This document shows positions 21,416 through 32,801 of a stretch of DNA of 64,000 nucleotides, in pieces (the first letter of the stretch is position 1; every line of letters begins with the position of its first letter). Source of the stretch: Epithemia pelagica. Lineage: Eukaryota > Protista > Bacillariophyta. The notes under the pieces were generated by a model. That model saw only the letters and a program-made list of their open reading frames with translations. It was not told the DNA's origin and did not search any database. Where the stretch lies: contig OX337230.1 in the NCBI GenBank assembly GCA_946965045.2, positions 3,472,001-3,536,000 on the forward strand, given 5' to 3'. A program made the position numbers and the translations under genes.

Positions 21416-22807
21416 ATGACGATGGATGACCATCATTCGTCCAAACTGGATGAAGAAAATGCAAAGGGAGGAGTGGGCATGGACGATCATCCCGAACAAC
21501 ATGAAGATGAACAAGAAGAGTCACCGGTGTCCTCGTCTGTGCGATTTACGGATAACAGCAAGAAGGAAACCTACAACCAAGACAAGAAGAAGAAGAAGAC
21601 GAAAAGGATTCGAGTGATAATGCGGCAGTCCATTTGGTATTGGATGAATGGGCACAGGGATCCAGTATACACGGTGTACCGTTTATTTCCAATGGCACTC
21701 ATTGGAAGAATTGGAAACGATGCATGTGGTTCATTTTGGTCACGGGTGCCGGTTGTCTCATGGTGTGGCAAATTGCTTCCTTGGTGACGATTACAAAGTC
21801 ATTACGGAATCGGTTACCGTCGTGCCACGATCCTTGGCCTTTCCGCAAGTCACAGTCTGCAGTACCAATCCCAAAACAATGCCACCCGCATGGCCGAATT
21901 GGGCATTGTCAATCCCCAAAAATCAAGACGAGTTGCGGCAAATTTCCATGCAAAATCTCGTCCATGAAACCTGGTTCAATTACGAACCGTTGGAAGCTTC
22001 TCATAACTACTGGACGGAAACCATTACAGACGAGGGATTGTGTCATAGCTTTATCACGGACAAACGTGTGATACGGCCCGGTACCTTTGGCGGTTTGGAA
22101 CTTTTGGGTCAATTTGCAGCAAGACCATTTTGACACTGTCACCGAGATTGCTGGTATTTATGTCCATGTCGAACAAGTCGGCACGCAAATTCACGATCAA
22201 TTGCCCTTTTTATTACAGTTATCCTAGTACGGAATCCGTCTTGACCTTGACCGTCACAGAATTTCACCGCGAACAGGAAGCACCCTGGGCCAGCTGCGAT
22301 TCGCAAGCGCCCGAATGTACTCAATCTCGATGTATCAATGACTGTGTCAATACGGCAATTCGTGACATTTGTGGGTGCCGATAGTACGGCGATCTGTTGG
22401 AACCGGACATGGCCTATTGTGAATGGAATGATTGGAATTCGGCCAATTCCAATGGTACCAGGGACTTGTGTGGTACCGGGAAACGGAAATTGTCGACCAT
22501 TGTGCCAATCCTTGCGATTTGCCACCCCCTGTTCCAAAGTCACCAATCAAGCCATTTTGTCCGACATGGATCATTCGGTAGCCTTTTTTAGGAGCCCTGG
22601 GAATCGGAACGAGAACAGTGGGCCTCGGCCAATGAATTTCGCCACACATTTTGTCTCGGTCCATGTCAATTTTGCGCAACTCAAAGTGCCACTTTGGCCA
22701 TTTCGGCCATTTCCGTCTTTGAAATTTTAAGAGATTTGGTCGTGCGGCGACTTGTCCCCCGACTCTTTGGATACCGACATGTCCAAGGTGTCGGAGCGCG
22801 AGTATAA
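21416..22807 (+). pseudogene. DEG/ENaC copy 2, pseudogene
   Basis: EWAQGSSIHG, FPQVTVCSTN and thumb cysteines are spread over several frames. There is an in-frame TAG after CGCR, and the LLGSIGGSMGLF pre-TM2/TM2 segment is deleted near 22685-22700. Confidence 0.9.
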
Positions 22808-23052
22808 AAGAGTGATCCCCGAAACAAACAACTGCAGTTGGTTGTTGTCGAACCAACATGGTGGTTCTGAACCTCTCTTGTGTTTTGAAAGCAGAATTTG
22901 GACAGGACGACGCAAGTACCTACTACTACTAGTTGCAACCACACATTATGCCACATATATTTTGTCGTGAACCATTCGGTTTATCTGTTCTGCCTACTGT
23001 CTCCCGTTGGATAATTCTACCACCACTAGTATACAGACTTAAAGTGTTGTTG

Positions 23053-26000
23053 CTATCGATTTTGGCGGGCCTGCAACAAGGTAAAGACTCGCACGGGTTC
23101 TCTGGATCGTGTCGTAATGAGCCGCGAAATATTGACGGGCGACAAGGCCGTGACATCCATTTCATCCACGGCCAGCAACCGATCTCCGACTTGCAATTCC
23201 CCTTGCAAGACGGAGCTTTCCTTGACGGTAAACACAACGGCGGGTCCACTGTCGGGAGTGTCCACCACGACACCAAGCTTTCCCGGGGGAGCCTGCACGG
23301 TATAAATGTATCGGGAATCGGCATAGTCCGGTCCCAAATGGGCCCAAGGATTGGCATCCTGGTTGTTGCTACTACTACCGCGGGAGTGTCTCCGGGAGGG
23401 TTCGCCACCCAAAATGTTGGAAGAATCCAAATCGGCCGTGACAATGGACCGAGCTTCATCCGCACCGGATACAATCTTTTCAAAATCAAAATCGGCTGAA
23501 CGTTTCAAGGCACACACGAATGGGTGAGTTCCTCGTGGTACACAACTAGAATGCCCCCCCATAAGTGACACTGCGCAAGTCTCTGTGGAACAACGTACCG
23601 GTATGAATGCTTTGTTGTTCGGTATCAATTTCCACCACGAGGGGACTATACTTTTGGGGATGTCTTGCACCTGTTGGTACTTCCACGGGATCGTCGTTGT
23701 GGTCGTCGTCATGGTCGTGGTACAAGACATGATCTTGCTTGTCCACGGGGACATGTCGTTGATGTGTGTGGCGGCCCATGCGACGACGTGCCACCACCAC
23801 CACGACCGAAAGGAGGAGGACACCGGCCAAGGCCCCAAAGGCGGCAATCACGGCCGTGCTGGGACCTCCGTCATTGTCATTCTGGTTATTGTTGTTGTTG
23901 TTGAGCGTGCCGAGTCCTCCTCGAATTTGGGCCAAGGAGGAATCGGGAGCGGCACCGGTAGTGACCACCAAGGTGGCAAAGGCGCCACCCGAGGTTTGCA
24001 ACAAGTCAAAATACTCGAGTCGCAAGGTCGTGTCGGCAAAGGGATCTAAAATCAAGTCCAGGGGATCCAGTTGTGGAGTTGTGTCTGGATACACGAGCCG
24101 TTGATCGTAGGTAATAATGGTAGTGTTGTCCGTCGTGACGGTTTGCGATTGAAAGCTCACCTCCGTTTCAAACGAGGCCAAGGACGACGATGCGTCGTCG
24201 ACCAGTCGTCGTCGTCGTCCATGGCGGACATTGTTGTTGGGTCCGTAAATGGACGAGTACCACGTTTCCGTCGTGACAATAAATTGGGCAATGTCCGTCG
24301 TATCCAGTGTCGAAACACCCACCAAGGTCAATTGCAAGTTTTGGACCGTGCGTTCGACGGTTGGTGCCACGGGTGCTGCAGTGGGACTGCGGGACGGCAC
24401 GGCCGTCGTGGGGCGCAAGGAAGAGGGAAGAGCCGTGGACGGTGCGGGAGTCGTTGTGGTGGGAACGGGAGCGGGAGTGGGTGCCAGTGAGGTGGGTCGC
24501 CGAGAGGATGGTTCCGTGGTGGGAGTTGCCGCCGTGGTCGGAGTGGTTGTGGGGGATGCCGTCGTGGGAGGTTCCGAGGGTGCCGTGGGAAATGTCAGGG
24601 GAGACGGTGGTTGACTGGGACCAGCCGAGGGATGATGCGTCGTGGTGGGACCCGCCGAGGGCGACTTGGACGGCACGTGACTGGGTGAACGACTGTCGGT
24701 CGGAGCCGACGATGTTACGACGCTGGGAGTCGCACTGGGAACTGTGGAGGGCATCACACTTGGAGTCTGGCTGGGAGAGACACTGGGAGCCATGGTACGG
24801 GTGGGAACCGACGACGACGACGGCCGTGCGCTGGGTATCGACGACGGTACGTCACTGGGTTCCCTGCTGGAAGGCACGGTCGACGGAGCAACCGATGGGG
24901 CCGTGGAAGACGACGAGCCCAGGGGAGTTCTGGATGGCTCCTGAGACATGCTCGGTGGCTCTGTCGGTTCCAAGCTGGGCCAGGTAGAGGGAACCTCGGT
25001 CGACGTGGGAGTGATGGAGGGAAACGAGGACGGACTCGACGAGGGACCCACCGACGACGAGGAGGGAGCCGGGGTCGTTCGTGGGGCAAAGGTGGCCGTG
25101 GCCGGATCCACCAAGTCCACGGCCGGTTCCGTGCAGTTGATATCCAAGTTTTGAAAAAAGGGCTTGAGGGTACCATCCTCAGTCAAGAGTCCAAAATGTC
25201 CCTCGACATCGTCCAGGTCGTTGGCTTGAATCCGTTGCCAGTCGGAATCGTAGGCCACGAACCAATAATAGGCCCAATTTTGATCTTGCGCCAAACAGAC
25301 AAAATCGCGCAACCACTTTTGCATGCTGGGACCATTGGCAGGATTGGCATTGACATTGACGCCCGCATCGGCCCAGCCGGTTTCGCCAATCACCACTTGT
25401 CGAGTGCCATCCGTGACATTACTCAGGAGGGATGTGACTCGATTCAGCATGTCGGTGGCCGCCTCATTAATGGTGGTCACGGTCGGTTCCCAAAAGGGAA
25501 AATGATTGAAGTGTACGACTTGAGTGTCCACCGTCACGAGCTCGGGATATTGCTGGTATGTCTCCAACAAATCGGCAATGGTCACGGGGACTTCAGTCAA
25601 GCCATTGGCGTCCAAATCGGCCCGAATGTCATTGCGCAACGCAATCGCTTGGTCGACGGTCAAGTCGCCCCGAGAAATGGCTTGACTCGACACGTGAAGG
25701 CCCACCACGTTGGAGACATTGCGCGTTTGAATCAAATTCAGCAAGGCCGCCTGTTCTTCGGCAAAATGGGTCCCATTGGGACCGACCCAAAGGCCCAACC
25801 ACAAGCCCAATCCCACTTGTTGCGTGGCCTCCAACATAATGTCACCGGCTTGGCAATCCGTCAAGGAAAAGATGCGAATATTGTTGGTGACAGTGGCGAG
25901 TTGGGTCAGGTCGGCCGCGGCGTCCGACAAGGTTTTGCAACGATTGTCGTCCGTTTCCCAATCGGGTCCAATCCGTAAGGTATAATCGACGCCATGCAAT

Positions 26001-26110
26001 TTGAAATTGAGGGCCTGGGTGGTACCCACCATCATGATCATGAGGAAAAAGAGGACGGCAAGGACCGAACAACACGGTGGTACCATCACCACCGTCCTTC
26101 TCTGGCTCAT
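23053..26110 (-). CDS. Type-I membrane protein: signal peptide, GH17 beta-1,3-glucanase-like domain, Pro/Ser/Thr stalk, juxtamembrane domain, TM, cytoplasmic PDZ (2 exons)
   Basis: GH17 motifs IRIFSLTDC, FPFWE, VIGETGW, YYWFVAYD and EGHFGL. The intron 23598-23496 (GTACGT...CTCAC...TTCAG, 103 bp) joins IHT|ADFDFEK in frame to a PDZ domain (APPGKLGVVVD...GDRLLAVDE). Confidence 0.85.
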
Positions 26111-26294
26111 CTTGCTATCTATAGAATGTAGTAGATAGGGTGTCGTAATTTGTATGGGGACAATCCAGAACGACACTCTCTCTCTACAACAGATCCTCTG
26201 GAGCCTTGTTGTTGTAGCCTCGCTGGTTGCTGGACAAGCTTGTGTGAGGATGTTCTTGTTGTTGTCTTTGGTTCGTTTGTTCCTTCGGATGGAG

Positions 26295-26767
26295 CAGGGT
26301 GACCGGAGTCTAATTATACCCTCACTTTTAGACCCGGTCTAAAAGGGTATAATTATTTTAGACAGAGGTCGAGTCTAAAATAAAATTTTTAGACTCTTAA
26401 CCTTAACCCTTCAGTAGCGCCGCCACCACTGCGTGAGTACGAGACCGTTCTGCCTCATTCATCTCAATGACATCTCAATGAACAAAGTAAGGTCTCAGTT
26501 ATCCTCTCTCATGCTTAGAGAGTGCAAGAACAATGTCATACATACCATCCAATAACTTAGATGATGAAGCTATGAGGTCCTCTGGATGTGTTGTCATAGA
26601 CAATGCTCGCTCCTGGTAGCTGTCTGTCTAGGGTTAGGGTTATTGCTTCGCCATACAAAACCACGGCGAGATTTTAGACCCTGTTTTAGACATTTTATAC
26701 AGTCTAAAAGTACTTTTAGATTTATTTTAGACCCGAAATATTTTAGACTGTCTAAACGGTCACCCTG
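26295..26767. mobile_element. hAT-like MITE (473 bp)
   Basis: TIR CAGGGTGACCG/CGGTCACCCTG; GATGGAG duplicated at 26288-26294 and 26768-26774 (8 bp if the shared G is counted); many TTTTAGAC/GTCTAAAA subterminal motifs. Confidence 0.85.
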
Positions 26768-27645
26768 GATGGAGTGGTCGTTCCCGAGTGTTGGTGGAGT
26801 GCACAAAAATTGTGGCCAAAGACTGTTGTCGCTGGTCCGTTAAGGGGCTATAGTATCATATATCGTTCATGACCAAGCGTACCACGCCACACGATCTAAT
26901 AGAGTATAGTGTCGGAAAATGACAGTGGACGGGGCTATTGTTTTGAATAAGTGGGTCCAAATTCTACAAGACCAAACCATAAGCAAGTGCGGTGGGAGAA
27001 GTGCACGATTGACCCTTGTGCGGACAAGAAAGCACGACACATCGAGTTTGAAACCAATCCACGACCTCACAAACTGCACAATGGGAGTTGCTTTCGTTTC
27101 TCAATGGAATCTTGTTTTACCCCCCAGCGGGGTGAGTAATGAGGACTAGCGATAGAATACACGATTTGTATTCTCTATGTAAGGGAATACAAGCGTAGCG
27201 TATTCGATCACGCGGGACTCACTCACCCCTGCTTGGGGGTAAATCTTGTTTCCAAGACGGATGCGGAAGCAAAATCAAAGAATGCCGCGCTTTTTTTGTT
27301 GGACCGACCATTACATTCAACAAAACAGAGTCCACGGTTGGCAGCAAAACACTAACACTTGTGTTGGATGCAATCGGAACTATCCAGCATCCAGGGTGTG
27401 CGTTTGTGAGCAAGTGCGTAGCGTGTTCGAATCAACACCAAGTAGGTAGTCAAGGAACATACCTACTTTCTACAATATATACGCTTACAGTCGACAAACC
27501 TCTGTCCTCTTGGATGGAGCGCGCTTCCTTACATCGCACCTCCTTGTACCCACTATCATTGTCATCCACGGACATCAATAAGTCTTTTTGGGGTTCCATC
27601 CTGGAGTTTCAAACGTCCCGGTGGTCCCTTTGGGCGGTTTCAGTT

Positions 27646-29178
27646 TCAGGCACTGTCCCGTCGTTGTCCCACTCCATAAAGGGTACGGATTCCAAACAAG
27701 CGAGGAATGAGACGCAGGAGTAAGAAATCGCCAAAGATTTCAAAAATGGAAATGGCCGAAATGCCCAAAAACAAGCCCATGGATCCACCAATGGACCCCA
27801 ACAATTGTTCCCGCGTAATGGCCTTGCTTTCCGACAGCAATTCCAGGCCAATTTCCTTGAAATTAATGCGAATGGAAAAAAATTTTTGTCCAAAGTCGGT
27901 CGCATTGAACAGGTCTTCAAAGAATTCAAACAATTGGTTCGACAATTGCGCCGAGGTTACCGAGACACTGTATGTGATTTCCCGACAGGGTGGCAAGGAG
28001 CAATTGCAGGCTTGAAAAATTCGTTCCGAATCGGAATTGATGAATTCGGTACAGTTTTGATCGTCGAAATTGGTCAAGGGTTGACAATAGCGCAAATCGG
28101 GGTCGGCCAGGTCGTCGCCATAATTGCGACACTCGCACTCGTTTCGTATTTCGGCATTGACGCATTGGGAGTAACAGAGTCGTTGCGTGTATTCCGGGGC
28201 TTTGGAAAAGCAGCGCGCCCAGGGTGCTTCTTGTTCGCGATCAAAGACGGTCTTGTCCATCGACACAATGGATTCACCGCCGGGAGACAAGACGGTCAAG
28301 GGCAATTGATCGTGAATTTTGGTGCCTGGTTCTTCGACCCAAATCAAGAGGCCGGCCAACGGGGTATTCTCGTCAAAATCGTCTTGATCCAAAATGCCAT
28401 AGAGTCCCAACCCCCCGTAAATGCCGGGTCGATAGACGGATTCGTCGGTCAGAAAGGACCAGCATTTGCCAAAATCGGTAATGCGTTCCTTCCAGACTGG
28501 ATTAATGGTCGTGTTGGTCGTTTCGTCGAATTCATCCCACAATTCTTGCCCATTGAAATAGGTAAACCAAATCAAGTCTTGCACGGGCGGGGTAATGAGT
28601 CGCAATTCCGTTTCATTGGCCGGTTCGGAAATGCCCGTGGCTTCCATGCGCGTTTTGGAAAAGAGGTTAATGCTACAAAGGGTAATTTCCGGAAAGGGCA
28701 GGGACTGGGGCACGACGGTTTCCGTTTCGGTAATGACCTCAAAATCCTTGTATTGTTGAATGAGGGACGTGACTTGCCAGACCATGAGGGCACCGGACAG
28801 GCAGACGAGGCACAACCACAGAGCGCGTTTCCACAGCTTCCACGTTTCGCCATCGGCAATGCCGGCCACACCATGCATGGTGGAGCCTTGCGCCCATTCG
28901 TGCACGACCAGATTCAGAGGCACGTCTTCGGCGTCGTGTAGTTCGTCGTCCTCCAAAGGATTCTCCATGTCCTTCTTGGTGAGAGACTCATTGTCGTCGT
29001 TGTTGTCGTCACGGTGGTGGGGGCGGGTCGAATCCAACCAGTCGTTTGAACTTTCCTTGGCCGTGAGAACCGACGACGAGTGGGGCTGCAGGCTGGAAGG
29101 CTTTTCGTCGTCCGGATTGGTTGGGGGAGTGTTGGGTTGGTCGTCGTCCACACCGTCTTGCAGAGTTTGGGGTGTCAT
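27646..29178 (-). CDS. DEG/ENaC channel subunit, copy 3, intact, intronless
   Basis: EWAQGSTMHG, FPEITLCSIN, thumb cysteines and QLLGSIGGSMGLFLGISAISIFEI. Confidence 0.9.
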   Translation of the reverse strand: MTPQTLQDGVDDDQPNTPPTNPDDEKPSSLQPHSSSVLTAKESSNDWLDSTRPHHRDDNNDDNESLTKKDMENPLEDDELHDAEDVPLNLVVHEWAQGSTMHGVAGIADGETWKLWKRALWLCLVCLSGALMVWQVTSLIQQYKDFEVITETETVVPQSLPFPEITLCSINLFSKTRMEATGISEPANETELRLITPPVQDLIWFTYFNGQELWDEFDETTNTTINPVWKERITDFGKCWSFLTDESVYRPGIYGGLGLYGILDQDDFDENTPLAGLLIWVEEPGTKIHDQLPLTVLSPGGESIVSMDKTVFDREQEAPWARCFSKAPEYTQRLCYSQCVNAEIRNECECRNYGDDLADPDLRYCQPLTNFDDQNCTEFINSDSERIFQACNCSLPPCREITYSVSVTSAQLSNQLFEFFEDLFNATDFGQKFFSIRINFKEIGLELLSESKAITREQLLGSIGGSMGLFLGISAISIFEIFGDFLLLRLIPRLFGIRTLYGVGQRRDSA

Positions 29179-29712
29179 TCTGGTAGCAGTGCCTTGAGGA
29201 GTTGAATGATACGGACGGTGTGGTGGTGCCTGATGCTTCTTTTTCTTCTTCCGATGCCCCTTTTTGGGATCTTTGGTTGCTCACTAGCAACGACGAAGAT
29301 GACGACGACAGTGGCACTGTGGCAAACCTAAAGTACGAACACCAAGAGTCCTTTGTTCACCCTTCATGCATTTTGCTCGCTAGAAGGATACAACAGGGAT
29401 ACTCGGTATTTTCTGTGGACGAGCTACAAACATAGACAAACCTCCACAAACTGTAGGTCGCATAGACATTTTGTTCTTATACTGTACATGTTATTACAGT
29501 TATAAAACGTTAATTTATAATACCCTCTTTGCGGCCTTGCGCATTGTAGATAAATGTTGACATTTGTTGAGCGTGCCGGAGACCTAAGTAGACAAATGGA
29601 CACTTCTAAGTAGGAATATTAGGCCCCAGTTTTTGGCGACATCTCAGTCCCGAGTGGAACAAAGAGCCAGTCACAGTTTACAAGAACAGAGACGGAATGA
29701 AATTTCGCATCG

Positions 29713-29965
29713 ACAAATCCACAAATCCACAAATCCACAAATCCACAAATCCACAAATCCACAAATCCACAAATCCACAAATCCACAAATCCACAAATCC
29801 ACAAATCCACAAATCCACAAATCCACAAATCCACAAATCCACAAATCCACAAATCCACAAATCCACAAATCCACAAATCCACAAATCCACAAATCCACAA
29901 ATCCACAAATCCACAAATCCACAAATCCACAAATCCACAAATCCACAAATCCACAAATCCACAAA
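29713..29965 (+). repeat. (ACAAATCC)n array, about 31 units, left TIR
   Basis: Directly visible perfect 8-bp period. Confidence 0.95.
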
Positions 29966-30122
29966 CGACGCAACAACACAAATGACGCAACAACACAAAT
30001 GACGCAACAACACAAATGACGCAACAATCAAACAACTCATTGTCTTGTTGTTGTTCATTTGTGGTTCCACGAAATGGTGGTCTTCATCCTCCTCCTCCTG
30101 GATGGTTTGGTTGGGTTCATTG

Positions 30123-31000
30123 TAGAGCTGTGTCCAGCGTCAAGCGCTTGACTTCTCAAGCGCTTGAGGAGCTCCAGCACAGATAGGGTGTTGCTTGAGA
30201 ACTCAAGCTCAAGCACCCAGACTACGGGAAAGTCCCAAAACGTCCTCATTCATCTGCCTTCACACCTTTCCAAAATGGCCGAGAACTCCAGTGATGATGA
30301 GAATGAGTCATCATACCATCCAGATGATGATAATGATGAACAAGTGTCCGAAGAGGACCTAATAGCAGATGACAGTGATGATGGTCAGAAAAGTAAAATG
30401 TCGAGTTTGAAGTCAGTGACATGCTGTGAGAAATGATGGATGACGAAGAGGATGACAATGGAGAGTCCAGGAAGAGGTATAGTGGAGGGGTATCCTATGC
30501 TACCATCTGCCATCTTGAAATTGACAAGTTCTGTACAACGGCAGGACTGAAAATGTACTACGTGAACAAGGCTGGGAAGAAAGTTGCACAAGATCCTTTG
30601 CTCTCTTGGAAAGGAAAGGCAAGTGAGTTTCCCAATATTTGGCGACTTGCTCTGAAGTATCTTGCCATGCCGGCAACAGCAGCCTCCTCTGAACGGGCAT
30701 TCAGTATTGCTGGCCTGATAATCACGCCAAAACAATCATCCTTCGATCCTTCAACAGTTTCTGATCTCCATTTTTGGCGTGAGAACTAGGGAAGTATATT
30801 CTAGCAGAGTTTCCATAGCATATCATTTACATAATAAGAGAAGTTACCATTTCATTAGAGGTACTGCGATGAGTCTATTGTCATAGTTTCCCGTGTTAGC
30901 CCTTTTCGCTGCCGCTTGAGCGCTTGAATTTGGTCTCGGCTCAAGCGCTCAAGCGCTTGAGTTCTCCAGCAGAAAAAAGCTGTTGCTGGACACAGCTCTA
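30123..31000 (+). mobile_element. Internally deleted hAT transposon (878 bp) nested in the Foldback-like element
   Basis: TIR TAGAGCTGTGTCCAGC/GCTGGACACAGCTCTA; 8-bp TSD GTTCATTG (30115-30122, 31001-31008); TCAAGCGCTTGA subterminal palindromes. Confidence 0.92.
30433..30789 (+). pseudogene. hAT C-terminal dimerisation domain remnant
   Basis: DPLLSWK....FPNIWRLALKYLAMPATAASSERAFS.AG. Confidence 0.9.
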
Positions 31001-31537
31001 GTTCATTGTGTACATTCCTTGATTCGTGGGTTGTTGCATCATTCTTCTTCTTGTTCGATCAAGTCTGTTTCTTGTCATTGTCGTTGTCCCTTGGCCCCAT
31101 CCACTCCTCCTCGTCCTCCTTCATCATGATGGAGCTGTGATTCCCCAGGTCGATCGTCGTTCTCATTGTCGTCATTCCGTTGGACAATGGCATTGGTTCC
31201 ACGATGACAATTGCCTCCGGCCCGACATGCCATAGAGGCATACCAATATTTTTGGAGCCCAAAATGACCTTACCACGCCTTTTGGCTCAGACCATAGCTG
31301 GTTGATTTGGTGTTGGTTGCCGCTTCTTGTGTCGGGTCGAAGCAATGCTTGGGACGAGTTTTGGGGGGCACCAATTCGACTTTACCAAGGTTGAGGGTGC
31401 CAAGTCAAGTGGTCTTTGATTGCTGCATTGATAATAGTAATAAAATAAAATTGTTTGATTGTTGCGTCGTTTGTCTTGTTTCGTCGTTTGTCTTGTTGCG
31501 TCGTTTGTCTCGTTGCGTCATTTGTGTTGTTGCGTCG

Positions 31538-31646
31538 TTTGTGGATTTGTGGATTTGTGGATTTGTGGATTTGTGGATTTGTGGATTTGTGGATTTGTGG
31601 ATTTGTGGATTTGTTGATTTGTGGATTTGTGGATTTGTGGATTTGT
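31538..31646 (-). repeat. (ACAAATCC)n array, about 13 units, right TIR
   Basis: Directly visible (TTTGTGGA)n on the + strand with one variant unit. Confidence 0.95.
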
Positions 31647-32801
31647 CGATGCGAAATTTCATTCCGTCTCTGTTCTTGTAAACTGTGACTGGCTCTTTGT
31701 TCCACTCGGGACTGAGATGTCGCCAAAAACTGGGGCCTAATATTCCTACTTAGAAGTGTCCATTTGTCTACTTAGGTCTCCGGCACGCTCAACAAATGTC
31801 AACATTTATCTACAATGCGCAAGGCCGCAAAGAGGGTATTATAAATTAACGTTTTATAACTGTAATAAGATGTACAGTATAAGAACAAAATGTCTATGCG
31901 ACCTACAGTTTGTGGAGGTTTGTCTATGTTTGCAGCTCGTCCACAGAAAATACCGAGTATCCCAGAATCTCCGAATTTTTGGGCTGCGCGGACGACATGA
32001 ATGAGGTGTTGGAATGACGACGATGATGATGTGTTAAGTGTTGGGTGAATGACAGACGAGGCAATATTCGCCGCGAGAATGGCCCCTTGGGGAGGGTACA
32101 CGCGACCCGAGGTCGCTTATAGGAATTCTTTTTATTCGCGTATAGATCGCGGAACGTTCACAAAGTATCTTTCGCGAAACAAGCGCACAATGGCGTTGGG
32201 AGATTTGCAATCTCTCTCTGATCGATTTGGTCGAATCCACACCACCGTACATACCATGGCGACCAGTGACACACGAATCCTGATCGTTTGGGCAAAGAAT
32301 CCATCTCGCTGTTTTTGTTTTCAAGAATCTTTGGGTGCAGTGCGTGGTTGAATTTCACGTTCCATTCCTTGGCGTGTTGTCCCCATAACCCCCTTTTTGA
32401 AAAGAACTACCCATTGTAGTATTGCGCTCCAACGGTGAGTCGAGAAATGCTTCGCTCTACTACAGAGGAATCGGCCTGTATCTTGGTTGTCGTCCTGTCC
32501 GGTCCAAGGTACTGCCTCTACTATAGTAGAGGTAGTAGTAGTGCTCGGCTGTGATGCCTTGGATTGGTGCACTGTGACAATCGAACAGTGGAAACACCCG
32601 ACCACCACTCCACCATGGCCCTGCTCTTTCTGGTTCTATTCTACTCCCCTAAGTGTCCCAATTGCCTTGTTGCCACGGCTGCTCTCTCATGGTCATTATT
32701 GTCTTTTTTGTCGTGTGACAGAAAACTCTCTACTGCTACGACTGCCAGTGGCCGACGACACGTCTGTTGGAGAGATATTGGTGGTGGTGGATCATTCCAA
32801 A

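Larger units (their letters stand above)
29396..31963. mobile_element. Foldback-like element with very long TIRs containing tandem repeats
   Basis: Left arm 29396-~30035 and right arm ~31451-31963 are reverse complements (GGGATACTCGG...CCGAGTATCCC). Each has a ~318-bp unique part, an 8-bp array and an 18-bp array. No TSD found. Confidence 0.8.

Noticed and set aside
24071-25978. Long + strand ORFs (e.g. 25151..25978, 24307..24987)
   Set aside because: Antisense shadows of the GH17 gene; no motifs.
27805-28941. 378-aa + strand ORF
   Set aside because: Antisense shadow of ENaC copy 3.
29713-29965. Possible CRISPR array or telomere
   Set aside because: There are no unique spacers and no cas genes, and the context is eukaryotic. 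The array is internal, sits inside TIRs and is not TTAGGG.
29619-30070. ORFs with QIHKSTNP / FVDLWICG repeats (also 31307-31726)
   Set aside because: These are translations of the stop-free 8-bp array in all frames and on both strands, with no independent coding evidence.
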